A DNA stretch of 64,000 nucleotides from Podarcis gaigeae. Its lineage: Eukaryota. The stretch lies in NCBI GenBank assembly GCA_964106915.2, contig OZ066914.1. The stretch is one strand, 5' to 3'. The notes below the pieces were generated by a model. It did no database searches and was not told the origin of the DNA. It saw nothing but the letters and a program-made list of their open reading frames with translations. The translations under genes were made by a program, and so were the position numbers. Below are positions 1 through 12,132 of this stretch, one piece after another; position 1 is the stretch's first letter; each line of letters begins with the position of its first letter.

Positions 1-186
1 GCCCTGTGCAAGGACCTCCAGTTGTGCAACAAGACTCCCTCCCCCAAATAGTCAGGAGAACCCCCAGAACAGTATGCGGGGGGAGGAGAGGAAGGGATCT
101 GGCAAGCCGCAGAACATTTGTAACAGGCAATGGTGAATTCCACCCCTTGTACAAAGCACTACATAGGCTACTGTGTCAAGGTACAT

Positions 187-820
187 TTATAGAATCATAG
201 AGTTGGAAGGGATCCAAGGGTCATCTAGTTCAACCCCCTGCAATACAGAAATATCAGTTAAAGCATCCCTGGCAGATGGCCATCCAACCTCCGCTTAAAA
301 TCCTGCAAGGAAGGAGAGTCCACAGCCTCCCAAGGGAGACTGTTCCACCGTCGAACAGCTCTTACTGTCAGAGAGGGATGCGGGTGGCGCTGTGGACTAA
401 ACCACTGAGCCACTTGGGCTTGCTGATCAGATGGTTGGCGGTTCAAATCCCTGTGGCGGGGTGAGCTCCCATTGCTCCGTCCCAGCTCCTGCCATTCTAG
501 CAGTTTGAAAGCATGCCAGTGCAAGTAGATAAATAGGTACCGCTGTGGCGGGAAGGTAAACGGTGTTTCCATGCACTCTGGTTTCCATCACGGTGTCCCA
601 TTGCACCAGAAGTTGTTTAGTCATGCTGGCCACATGACCTAGAAAGCTGTCTGCGGACAAACGCCAGTTCCCTTGGCCTGAAGTAAGATGCGCGCCGCAC
701 CCCATAGTCACCTTGGACTGGACTTAACCGTCCAGGGATCCTCTACCTTTTTACCTTTACCTTACTGTCAGAAAGGTTTTCTGTATGTTTAGTTGGAATC
801 TCCTTTCTTGTAACTTGAAA
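187..820 (-). mobile_element. CR1 LINE 3' fragment interrupted by a Sauria SINE
   Basis: Begins with TATAGAATCATAGAGTTGGAAGGG, the reverse complement of the CR1 3' tail. The minus ORF 258..572 ends with TVRAVRRWNSLPWEAVDSPSLQDFKRRLDGHL, typical of the CR1 ORF2 C-terminus. The element resumes after 772. Confidence 0.85.
373..760 (+). mobile_element. Sauria SINE, full length, 12-bp TSD
   Basis: tRNA-like head GGGATGCGGGTGGCGCTGTGG..GGTTCAAATCC, core GCAAGTAGATAAATAGGTACC, and (ACCTTT)n tail. TSD CTTACTGTCAGA at 361-372 and 761-772. Confidence 0.93.
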
Positions 821-929
821 CTATGTTCAGGACTGATTTATTATTTGTTTATGAACAAGTACATAAATGTTGGCTTACATTATTCTACCTTCACAGTGAT
901 CATTTTTTCCGATTAATTATGCATTTCAG

Positions 930-1132
930 GAAACAAGACAACGAGAGCATTAGAGTGAGTACTCTTTGTCACAATCCGCAGCTTCCCGTGGAAAATGTCA
1001 TGGTTCCCAAGTATAACACATCCCAGTGTGTTATGGTCCGTCAGCGCAATGAGGAGGGGATATTTTACATCTGTGGCTGTGTGAATGAACAGGAATGCAA
1101 TGACAAACTCATTTTTGAAAAGCACACCAATG
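930..1132 (+). CDS. TGFBR2L: TGFBR2-like, ectodomain exon (equivalent to TGFBR2 exon 3)
   Basis: tttcAG|G..AATG|GTgagt. Encodes (W)KQDNESIRVSTLCHNPQLP..SQCVMV..GIFYICGCVNEQECNDKLIFEKHTN, matching the cysteine pattern of TGFBR2 (WRKNDENITLETVCHDPK..CSCSSDECNDNIIF). Phases 2/1. Confidence 0.9.
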
Positions 1133-1274
1133 GTGAGTATTCTTCCTGGTTTCAGTCCACCTTTCCTCATCTTAGAGGAGATTATTTTTATTCAGACTGT
1201 TGGCAGTGGCAGACTTTTGGCTTTAAATTTTCAGTGGCGTCCCCATCTCTCACCTTCTGTTGTTTGTCATTGTG

Positions 1275-1790
1275 TGTGTTGTTTTTTTATTGGTTTTCAT
1301 ATAATACTTTACAATACAGATGTACCAAAGCCAACACCATTTCCTCCCCATCCCCCCCATACATTTACATTTCTATTTCCTCAATCTATCATATTATTCC
1401 TTTCTCCTTCTTCCCACTTCCCTCCGCCCCTACTCTATTTCCTCCATATTATACAATTTAAAATAATCTTTGCATTCTACAACCTTCTCAAATCATCTAT
1501 ATATTCTTATTATCTTTCCATACTAATTTTTCTTCCATCCAGTACTTCACATTTTAATCTAGGCATATTAGCATATCTTTTTTGAGCAATATTTTGCCAA
1601 ATATTCATCAAAACATTTCCACTCCTTTTTTTAATTTTTGATTCGACTGATTTCTTACTATAGCAGTTAATTTTGCCAAAATAAAATATTCATTTACTTT
1701 ACAAATCCATTCCTCCTTTGTGGGTATAGTTTGTGACTTCCACCTAACAGCAATCACTATACTAGCAGCTGTACTTGCATATAGAAAAAT
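1275..1790 (-). mobile_element. L1/Tx1-type LINE 3' fragment
   Basis: Minus ORF IFLYASTAASIVIAVRWKSQTIPTKEEWICKVNEYFILAKLT resembles the squamate L1 ORF2 C-terminus. It is followed by an A-rich 3' end on the minus strand. Confidence 0.6.
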
Positions 1791-2117
1791 TCTCCCCCCC
1801 CCCCCGTTGCTTGTCATTGTTGTGATGCACCCTGTGTTGCCCTCTCAGTGTAGCACCCAGTGTAGGCAAACTGATTGTGCTCCCCTAAATCCGCCTCTGC
1901 CGTTGGGGTGTGTGTGTTAAATCCTTTCTCCCCCACCTTCATTCCCAGTCATTCTTGCCCCTGCTGCAATTGGGGTGGAAGGGGGGAGGAAAGGACTGAT
2001 ATAAAGGCAATGTTATTTGGGTTGAAATGATTAAGTCAATTCCTAGAGAGGAGAAAAAAAATGACTCAAGCACAATATAGAAAATGGCTAGACTGAACAA
2101 TCTAACCTGGCAGATTA

Positions 2118-2377
2118 CAGTGGTACCTTGGTAGTGGGACGGCTTGGCTCCCAAACAAATCAGCTCCTGAATGCCACAAACCCAGAAGTGAGTGTTACTG
2201 TTTGCGAACGTTTTTCGGAAGCCAGACATCCAACGCACCTTCCGCAGCTTCCAATTGAGTGCAGGAAGCTCCTGCAGCCAATCAGAAGCCACACCTTGGT
2301 TTTTGAACCATTTTGGGAGTCAAACAGATTTAGAGTCGAACGGATTCTCTCGAATTTAGAGAATCAAGGTACCACTG
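2118..2377. mobile_element. Tc1/mariner-superfamily (Tigger/pogo-like) MITE
   Basis: TIRs CAGTGGTACCTTG / CAAGGTACCACTG flanked by TA on both sides. Confidence 0.85.
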
Positions 2378-4217
2378 TAGTAACACAGTTGGCCATTTAC
2401 AGCTGGGGATTTTTTTATGCTATTCAACTGAATTTTAAAAAGCTTGACTTTCTGAGCTCTGAAGTGGGGGAAGCTGGACAGAACATGAGAGGGGGATGTT
2501 TTGTTCACAACATTATAGATTCCCCAGAAAAAGTGAGAGAATGCAGTGTAAATATTCTACAGTAAATGTTCAGTGTGAAAGTAGCCTATGTTGCAAGGCA
2601 GGGAAGGAGTTCTGCCTAAGGTCTCGTTGACTGTCTGAGTAGATCAGTTAAAGTACTGTAACTGACCATTAAAGTAGACCAGTAGTAGCCAACAAGGTGG
2701 CCTCTAGATGTTGCTAGACTTGTGGGCCTTAGCCAGCACAGCTGATGGCCAGGGAAGATGGGAATTGCAGTCCAATAACATTGGAAGGGCAGCATACTGG
2801 CGACCCATGGTGGATTGATGGTTTGACTTCGGATGCATATGTTCAAGCCAGTATTATTTTAGACTTGTAAGCTAAGCCATCGCTTTCAGTGTTGACCTTA
2901 TCAGATGTTAGTTTTGCAAGGAATGGGATCTGTTTCCTGCTTATACAGTCTAAAAACAGAGATGGCCCAACCACAGCTCCCCACCTCCCAAACATTCCAT
3001 TGAAAGTTTGCCTGTCAGGCAAAAACATAAAACACCAGGCTGGGTCATGTGTGGGAAGGAACAAAATGTAGCAGTGAGATGCCTCTCCCCATCCCTCCTG
3101 CCCTAATTGTGGGTCTGCTTAGTTTGGACCAAACTGTGGTAAAGTTTGATGCAGTTTTTGAGCTGTGAAACTGAAATTTGAGTTTATCCAATGTGATCTC
3201 CTGTGAAATGATTACATAGCCTGCTTTAGGAAGAAAATCGCCCCTTAAGTCACATTATCAGCTTCAGAATCTATAGCTGAATTATAAATGGTGCTCCAGA
3301 AAATTCCACAGGCATGATGGGCAGACTATTTATTTTAATGCAACATTTAATGCAAATATTTATTTATATGTCATGTGATATTACATATAAAAATCAAGGT
3401 TAGAACTGTTGCATTTTAATTGCACGGAAAAACAAGTAAAAAAGCAACAGAAGTGACAACAAACCGTAGTTGGGAGCAAGAGAGCAATAGAATCTCAGTT
3501 GAACATGTAGGAATTTAGCATTCTGTGGTTGCTGTCATTGCACGCAGTTGATACTGTTTGCTGTGGTCTGGCTTACACATAACACTAACCCAGACCATGG
3601 CTAAGTGTGAATGTGCAAGTATTCAGATACCAGCAGAAAAAATCACAGCCACTTCACTGTTCCCTCAGTCCTCCTGCAGCCATGCTACCTTGAGTTAAGC
3701 AATGGTTTGACATGTTAAATCTGTCCAGGGAGAGAAACTTGAGCATGGGTTTGGACATAACATTAAGCCAAATCATACCTTACCTTTACAGCAGGAGGAC
3801 TAGAATGAAACAGACTTGATTTTTACTGTAAAAACACACACTTATTCAGGCTTAGCCATGGTTTGGGCTTAACATTATGTGCACACAGGGCCAGTGACTG
3901 TTCTCTCAACAAGGAATATATGAGCAACCAATTTACTGGATAAAGCTATTGTCCACTTTCTTTTTTCAACACAGACCAAGTCCACATAACAAAACGAAAC
4001 TGTTTGACAGGAAAAGCGTACTAAGAACATGTGGCCGTCGGTGGCCATCCCTTCCAGGTTTTGCCAGTATTGTGTGAGGGAAGCCCTCAAATGAATTATC
4101 ATTTTAGTTATCAATAAGTTACACTGCGGATTATGATCGCATCTTATGGCAGCCAGTGCCAAGGTCAAATGGACAGTGCAGTGGCGGCGACAAAAATCAT
4201 TGCTTTTCATTATAGAC

Positions 4218-4518
4218 CAGGGGTAGGCAACCTAAGGCCCAATTGCCTTCTCAATCTGGCCCACGGACAGTCCAGGAATCAGCGTGTTTTTACATGAGTA
4301 GAATGTGTCCTTTTATTTAAAATGTATCTCTGGGTTATTTGTGGGGCCTGCCTGGTGTTTTTACATGAGTAGAATGTGTGCTTTTATTTAAAATGCATCT
4401 CTAGTTTATTTGTGGGGCATAGGAATTTGTCCATTCCCCAACCCCATATAGTCCGGCCCACCACATGGTCTGAGGGATGGTGGACCGGCCCACAGCTGAG
4501 AAAGGTTGCTGACCCCTG
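4218..4518. mobile_element. Non-autonomous hAT element with 8-bp TSD
   Basis: Ends CAGGGGTAGGCAACC / GGTTGCTGACCCCTG. TSD TTATAGAC at 4210-4217 and 4519-4526. Internal 64-nt direct duplication. Confidence 0.88.
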
Positions 4519-7500
4519 TTATAGACAGTGCATTTTTCCTGGAGGGGCTGCAGGGATACACATACCCCTAAACAATTTGTGAATCTTTGTATTTTTGTCC
4601 ATTTACTGTATTTCTTTTTCCCGATTTGAACTATAAAATGGTGGTTTTCTTGAGTCAAAATGAGAGTACCCCTAATTTTTTTTTAAGAAAAAAGCACTGA
4701 TTATAGATATACTGTGTGTGAAGTTTTACCTCGGGCCCTTTAGAGTTAGCAGTATGCAAAGAAACTCATATTTTCTTGGCTTCCCTGGATCATTTAAAGC
4801 AGTGGCACATTATTGTTTCAGGTTCAGCAAGGAGCATACCATATTCATTATATGCCATTTATCCTCCTACACCCTTTTGAGAGCAGACAAGGACCACAGG
4901 AAGGTGGCCAAGGCTATATTATAACTCTAAATCTACCTAATAGAGATTATATTGCTCGATTCAGAATATATCCATTGAGGAATATTTAGATGCCCTCAAC
5001 ATTTCTTGTTTCATTTGACCGTGAGGTGGGTTTTTTTCTTTCTTCCAGAACCAATTCATTTCTGGCAGAAAAAGCAGTGGGAGGCACAGAGAAATATGAG
5101 GCGATGCTTTTCCTTTTCTTTACATTTCAGCATTTGTTTTCATAGAAAACAACTGCCTGCCTGATAATTCTTCAGGCTCATTTAATGATCCCTGCTACAA
5201 GCTGATGACTTTGCAGCCCGGGAGGCAACATACTTAAGCAGCTGATGGGAATTATGTACACAGTTATTACTTCAGGGTTTGCACATAAGAGAAGTCCTGG
5301 AAAATCCTCTGAAAACAATTCTGCTTTCCATTGGATTTCACAGCCTTTAGCGATGTAGTCATACCCATCAGGTAAATCCATTAGAGAAGCAGGAGATAGC
5401 CAGGCTTCGCGCTTTCCAAAACAAACTCAAATTATATCATTTGAGGTTGATCCTGTGGTTTGAACTCAATGCCTATTTTAGAAACATTCACAGCTTAACA
5501 GAAGTTAGCTGTTGCAGATTTTTATTTTTTTGTAAACTGCCAAGTAAAACAGCCAAACGCTTTGAGTTTCTTTTTCCAGTATCTGAAGTGTAGGCTGCAC
5601 CCACTGAGGTCATGCAGCAAAGGCTTTTTGCTTAGGGGATGGCTCTTGAACTTCTCTTCCTCAGTATTATACTTGGCCAAGAATCCTTTCAAAGATTTTA
5701 TTTGAATTTCATGAGCAGCAGTGAGGAACTGCACCTATCTCTTTGCAACGGGGAGAAGAGATCATATCTCATATCTTGCCTGTATTGAAAACAACTCCCC
5801 TGGCTCCCAGCAGGTTTCCAAGTTCAGTTGAAAGTGCCAGTATTAACTCTTAAAGCCACAAGGTTTATCTTCCTAATACCTGATGGGCCATCTTCTCCCA
5901 TATCAATCTGCCCATCCACTGAGGCCTTCCTTAAGCTGGTCTCACCATCTGAAGTGTGGTGGGCAGTGACCAAAAAGAGCCCTTTTAATCTAGATCCTCA
6001 GCTTTGGGATGCCAACCTTCCTATTGAGACTCATGTAGCACCCTTATTACTCTCATTTGGCTGCCAGGCAAAATCGTTTATGCTTTCCCCAGACTTTAAA
6101 GAACCTTTAGCATCAATGGTAGCTTTATTTTTTGCAAACTTAAAATAGTTTCCATTTTTACTAGCTATCTGAATGAACTGTTCCCATTTTAGTTCATTGT
6201 GTTCGTTTGTATGCTTTCTTTTATGAATTTCATTTTTTTTAAAAAACAACACCTTTAAGCATGTGTACAAGTGCACATACATGGACCTTACTTACGGTTT
6301 ATTCAAGGATGCAGTCAGTTAGTATCCCTTAGGTGGATCTCAGCATGCAGAAACGTTGCAATGTAAACTCAGCAGTAAAGCTTGTTTCATTGCAAATACT
6401 CCCAGCTAATGGGGCAGCAGCAGGTTCACATTACAACCAGCAGGTGGCAGCAAAGAGGCTCCTGCAACAGTCTGCAGCATCTGCGAATCAGAGGTGCAAG
6501 TATTGTAAAGGTGCTATAGTTGCAAGTGCGGTTTACAAACACCCCCATCCTAGTAGTGATTTCAGCCACTAGGAACTGCAGAACAGGATCTTTTCCACAA
6601 AGATTAGCCAGCCTGTTCTGCAAGCATTCAGCATGGTTATAATCCAGCTCTTACAGACCTGGCCTAATAGCAATCAATCTGCTCCGTAATCTTCACTTCA
6701 CAAGGAAAGATAGTGGTGCCCAGTCTTGGTCTCTTTCCTGACCAGAGCTGCACTTCCAGGGCCACTTGGCTGCAGTGTGAAACAGGTTCTTACTTGCTGA
6801 GTGTGGCTGGGGAGGAGAGGGAGCATCTGTGGCAGCTCCACCCAGCAGGCTCCTTTCACAGTGATGCATTTTGTGCTTCTTATGAGTGCATTAACAGCAC
6901 CCACCACTGGGTGCTTTCTGTTTTCCCCCCTACAGAGATTTACCTATTTAGGTGCCTCTGGGAAATTAAGAGGTCTCAGCAGCACTGCACCTAGCTGCCC
7001 CATGATAAAATAAAAAAATCTGTGAGTTAAAAGGGTGTGGGGAGGGTGTGGAAGGAGTCTTGGGGGAGTCAGAACCTCTGGACCACGCTCCCACATTGCC
7101 GCTGGATGGACTGCTGTTATTTAGCATTCCTTCCTTAGCTTAATCTGATCATTGATAGCAGGGCCATTTATATTTTCAAAAGACCTAGAGCAAAGGAGTT
7201 ACCAGCATTTTCCACCCTTGGTCTCTTGGGTTTATGATCTAAGAGCTGAGTTTTTGTAAAGACTATTCCTTTTAGTCGGCAAGATTTGGCTCTGTCATCT
7301 TGAGTGCATATGAAGCTGCTTATACCGCCGTCAGATCTACAGTACATATATACTAATTAACAGCACATCTCAAAAGTCTCCGTCATGTGCTTTACCCAGT
7401 GAGTTGGGGCTTCTTTCCAGATCAGATCTCCAGACTATGTCTGAGAACAAAACAACTAACTCACCAAATTGTAAAATGTGGGGGAAATTTGCCTGTTTCC

Positions 7501-7738
7501 TAAATGCATGGTAAAGTGCCGCGATACAGATGACTGCGGCTGACTTGGTTGGAATCTTTGAGTGGCTGCAGCTCTGCCGATAGTTGCTGAGAATAAAATG
7601 AAAAGCAGAGGGGGACCTGATACACCATCTTGAGCCCCTAGGAGGAAAGGTGGGATATACATGTAATAATAAACAAATAATAAATTAACATTTGCCACGT
7701 GTTACGACTGCATGGCTATTTTTTCCAAAATCGCACTA

Positions 7739-7968
7739 CAGTGGTACCTCTGGTTACATACTTAATTCGTTCTGGAGGTCCGTTCTTAACCTGAAACTGT
7801 TCTTAACCTGAAGCACCACTTTAGCTAATGGGACCACCTGCTGCCGCCGCACGATTTCTGTTCTCATCCTGAAGCAAAGTTCTTAACCCGAGGTAATATT
7901 TCTGGGTTAGCGGAGTCTGTAACCTAAGCGTATGTAACCTGAAGCTTATGTAACCCGAGGTACCACTG
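7739..7968. mobile_element. Tc1/mariner-superfamily MITE
   Basis: TIRs CAGTGGTACCTC / GAGGTACCACTG with TA TSD and internal AACCTGAA repeats. Same family as 27457-27666, which is in the opposite orientation. Confidence 0.88.
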
Positions 7969-8039
7969 TATATATTAAAGAAAACAGACAACCAAGCAAA
8001 CCCATGGTAGAAAATGTGAGCACTTGAAATGCTGAGCCC

Positions 8040-8195
8040 TAGGATACAGGAGAAGGTACACAGGAAGCTGCCTTATTCTGAGTCAGACCATTGGTCCATC
8101 TAGCTATTGTCTGCACTGAGTGGCAGCATCTCTCCAGGGTTTCTAGACAGGGAACATTTCCAGCTCTAACTGGAGAAGTTGGGGATTGAGCTGTG
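8040..8195 (-). mobile_element. tRNA-headed squamate SINE fragment (Squam3-like)
   Basis: GGAAGCTGCCTTATTCTGAGTCAGACCATTGGTCCATCTAGC motif, shared with copies at 17915-18100 and 63740-63912. Confidence 0.6.
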
Positions 8196-8306
8196 ATTCT
8201 TCCCCACAAGTTCATTCTTCGCTAAGAAAAGCTGTTCATGTTGACTAACTGGCCTGTGCGGAGATGTTCTTGCTGTATATTATTTTTCGCTTTCCTTTCG
8301 CCATAG

Positions 8307-9118
8307 GATACTCCATGCTACAAAGCAAAGAAATAATTCCCGTGGCAGCCATCAGCCTGTTGCCCCCACTGCTGGTTGCCATCATGATAACGGTGACCTT
8401 CTATCTCTGCCGAACCCACAGGCAGAGGAGGAGAGCCAAGGAATGGCCCCAGAAACAAGTCCAGCACCGCCCACTGCCTGAACCCAGCAGAGCCACCAGC
8501 TATGACGAGATACTATCTGTCAAGATCGACCACCGCGTCGCCCTGAGCACAGCCTGCGCCAACAACATCAACCACAACACGGAACTGTTGCCTATCGAGC
8601 TAGATGAGCGAGTCGGGAAAGGGCAGTTTGCAGAAGTCTGGAGAGCAAAGCTGAAGCATGCCTCTTCGGGACAGTACGAGACGGTGGCAGTGAAGATTTT
8701 CCCCTGCGAGGACTATGCTTCCTGGAAAAACGAAAGCCAGATCTTCAGCGATGCCAACCTCAAGCATGACAGTATCCTTCAGTTCCTCACGGCAGAGGAG
8801 AGGCACTCTGGACTCCAGAAAGAATACTGGCTCATCACGGCCTACCACAGCCAGGGAAACCTCAAGGATTATTTGTCCAGGAATGTTCTGAGCTGGAGGG
8901 ACTTGCAGAAGATGGCTGGCTCTCTAGTGAGTGGTGTGGCTCACTTGCACAGCGACTACACTGCTTGTGGCAGTCCAAAGATCCCCATCGCCCACCGGGA
9001 CATCAAAAGCACCAACATCCTCATTAAGAACGAACAGGAATGTGTGCTCTGTGATTTTGGGATTGCTCTGAGGCTGGATCCAGCCTTAAGTGTGGAAGAT
9101 TTTGCAAACAGCGGACAG
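8307..9118 (+). CDS. TGFBR2L: TGFBR2-like, transmembrane + juxtamembrane + kinase N-part exon (equivalent to exon 4)
   Basis: catAG|GA..CAG|GTgagt, 812 nt. [27 protein letters not shown], then [40 protein letters not shown] and ANSGQ. Confidence 0.97.
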
Positions 9119-10281
9119 GTGAGTGCTGTAGAATGAAACCAGCAGAGCAATCCATTCTGCTTGATGGAAAGTAGAAAGATCTTAGCTTCTTTCATGCGCT
9201 AGCCATGCAAAGAGTTCTGCGCACTGTGCAAGGGGCAGTGGGGGCTGTGCCACTGGCCCCACCCCAAAACATCATTTGATTTACCAATCCCAGCTTCCAT
9301 GTGTTGAGCATGGACATTTGCATAGTGGAAGCCTGCCTATATAGGTTTTCCATGTGATCTAGAACCCTGCGTGAATGGGGATCCAGGTCACATGAAAGCC
9401 TACTGCATCTGTAGAGCATGACGCTCATAAGCTTCCCCTGGACAGCCTGTTCAGCATGTAAATCTTGGGGGTGGGTCCAGAAGTGCTGCCTGCTGCCCTT
9501 TCCATGGATGGAGGGCCCTTCTATGTGTGAAGGGGGTCCTTCAGAATGGCAAATATAACCCACAATAGCAGACAGCAGGCAGTATGAAAAAGCTCTGAAA
9601 AGGCAACGCTGCTATGGAATTTGCTGCAGGCATTCAGCATGTTCCATATACAAACATGCAACTATGATTTAAGAGAGCGCCCTGCTTGTTGGTACACAAT
9701 TGGCTTGGAATCACCTTTGTTGCTGAATGACAAATAGCTACTGTGTTCCGGGTTCTAGAGGTTATCTTGTTTATGGCAGCTAGTTTGTAATCAAAGGCCG
9801 GGGCTACTAGATCTTCCCAAGCTCTTTTTGCATTCAAAATCTAACACCACTGCAATACTCAATGTCTTTCCCCTCATGGTGGAGAAGCAGCAGGGAGAGG
9901 AGTGATTTGAGCAGAAAGCTGCCCACTGGACAGTAGAGTGGTACTTTCCTCCATTCAAACTCACAGCTGCCCACAGCACCTTTTGGTTTGAATGAAACAA
10001 ACAGAAAACCCAGGAAAGAAGCTCTCAATTATTGTCACATCTAATTTGGGCCTTGGTTCCCATCCCAGTAAGGGCTGGTAAGTTTAGAGAAGATTTTACG
10101 GTCACTTTCCTGGCTACCCTATACTTGGACAAAAAACTAGAGATAAAGGGGTGGAGCAACTCTGGAGCACAAAAGGTCCAGTCTGTATCGCAGATCTTCT
10201 GCATTGCAGCCTCCTTTTAACTTGGAATCACCACAGCTTCTCTCCTCCACCCCTTCTAACATCTACTCAATTTATGGCCAG

Positions 10282-10423
10282 GTGGGCACTGCCAGATATA
10301 TGGCTCCTGAAGTTTTGGAATCTCGAGTGAATCTCGAAGATCTGGAGTCCTTCAAACAAATGGATGTTTATTCCATGGCTCTGGTTTTATGGGAGATTGC
10401 CTCCAGGTGTGACGCCATAGGAG
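10282..10423 (+). CDS. TGFBR2L: TGFBR2-like kinase exon (equivalent to exon 5)
   Basis: ccAG|GTG..GGAG|GTaagt, 142 nt. Encodes [47 protein letters not shown]. Confidence 0.97.
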
Positions 10424-11319
10424 GTAAGTCTATACCAGCAGAGTCTTCTGTCTTGCAAGCCCCACTTTACAGGTCCACTGGGCAAAACAAACATGGCTGT
10501 TCCAACATGCCAGAGGGAGGTGGGAGCAAACCTTAGTGCAGAGAAGCTAACCTATTGCCATTCCACCCTAGATGCTGATGAACTAAAACTCCCAATATCT
10601 CTGACTGCCAGTCATGTAGGTGGAGGCTAATGAAAGCTGTAGTTCAGCAAACATCTGGAGGGCCACAGGTTAGCCACTCCTGCCTTAGCAGAAGAACGCA
10701 TTTCTCAGATGGAAGGAGGGCATCTCTTGCAAAAATGGGTCTCAGGTAGCAAGGCCGGGAAAGGCTCCTGGCCTCAGGACTCAAAAAGCCACACTGCCCA
10801 TAGCCAAGGCAAATAATCCAAGGATAGATGGGCAAATGACCTGTCTCAATTGCATGGGGATTTGTGTGGCTCCACAGCGGAGATTGTATTGCCTCTCCAC
10901 TAGGAAATGATTGTACCATTTTATTATGTTAAAAGAGGCGTCACTAAGAGCCTGCTAAAATGAAAGAAAATACCAAGAAGATTGAAGGAAGCGTTTGGCC
11001 ACTAAAGGAACCCACGTTTCATCAGCAGTAACAGAAATTCATTAACGGGGATTAATTTATTGCTTTAGCATTTCCCGCTACACAATCAGGCTTTGAACTG
11101 GTAGCAGCAATGCTAACCTGTCCCGCTAATTCAAAGTGATTTGGGCTTGTGCTGATGCTAATTCTCATGAGATGCAAGTCCAGACGCTAGGATGTGGAAC
11201 AGTCTACAAGGGCAGTGTATGTGAAACCTATGGGCAAATGTGTTAACAGGATGGTGGGGATGGGGAGCTATACAGCACTGGTGCAATATGGATTCGGGTT
11301 CATTTATCTGTCATTACAT

Positions 11320-11510
11320 TTATATCCCACCTTTGCTCCAAGGAACTCAAGGTGGCATGCAAAGTTTTCCCCCTTTCCACTTTTATCCTCAAAACTAAGC
11401 TCAGGTTAGGCTGAGAGGCAGTGACTGGCCCAAGGTCACCCTGTGAGCTTCATGCTTGAGTAGGGACTGAACTCCTGGTCTCCCAGGTCCACCACCCTAA
11501 CCACTACAAC
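11320..11510 (-). mobile_element. CORE/MIR-like SINE
   Basis: GAGGCAGTGACTGGCCCAAGGTCACC core motif and a reversed tRNA-like head. A related + copy is at 47640-47850. Confidence 0.6.
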
Positions 11511-12004
11511 AAGCAACAAATACTTAGCGGCCTCTGCTGTGTCCTACAATGTGGTCCATTAAGGAAGTACCTGCTGTACATCCACACACACATCCCTCTG
11601 CATCTCCACATCTCATACACAACCTGGTTGGGCTGTAGCTGCTACTACTTTAAACAGTTTACAGGTTTTAAAACAAACTGTGGGCATCAACCAGCCAATA
11701 CCGTGCTGCCTATACTAAATGAAGCAAGCTTCTTTTCTGAAACATACATGGCATTTCGACAAATCTTTAAACGTGCTGCCTGAATTTAAAAGTGTCCCCT
11801 GTTCACAACCTGGCTGCCAAGCTTTGTTATCAATGAACAGTTCTTCACCAGGTACAGCTGCAAGCCGCCACTAGAGGTAGTTTTATTATCCGTTTCCTGG
11901 TGAATGTTCTCGGTGGCACCACAGCACTGCCCTGACAAGTACATAGTCAATGTGTATCTAAATTGCACGCACATCTAACTAACATCAACACTGCTTCCTT
12001 GCAG

Positions 12005-12132
12005 AGGTGAAGAACTATGAGCTACCATTTGGATCAAAGGTCCGGGAGCAACCCTGCATGGAGGTTATGAGAGATGTTGTATTGCATGGTCGAGGGCGTC
12101 CAGAGATACCTGGCAATTGGCTGGTGCATCAG
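12005..12132 (+). CDS. TGFBR2L: TGFBR2-like kinase exon (equivalent to exon 6), GC donor
   Basis: gcAG|AG..CATCAG|GCaagt, 128 nt. Encodes [43 protein letters not shown]. Confidence 0.93.

Noticed and set aside
1-200. Possible upstream TGFBR2-like exon (ORF 6..200)
   Set aside because: No Cys-rich ectodomain pattern and no donor after a CVAxW-type motif. The earlier exons must lie outside the window.
823-1461. 212-aa ORF as a standalone or alternatively membrane-anchored protein
   Set aside because: Only 930-1132 is exon-like. The rest reads through a good donor into intron and L1-derived low-complexity sequence.
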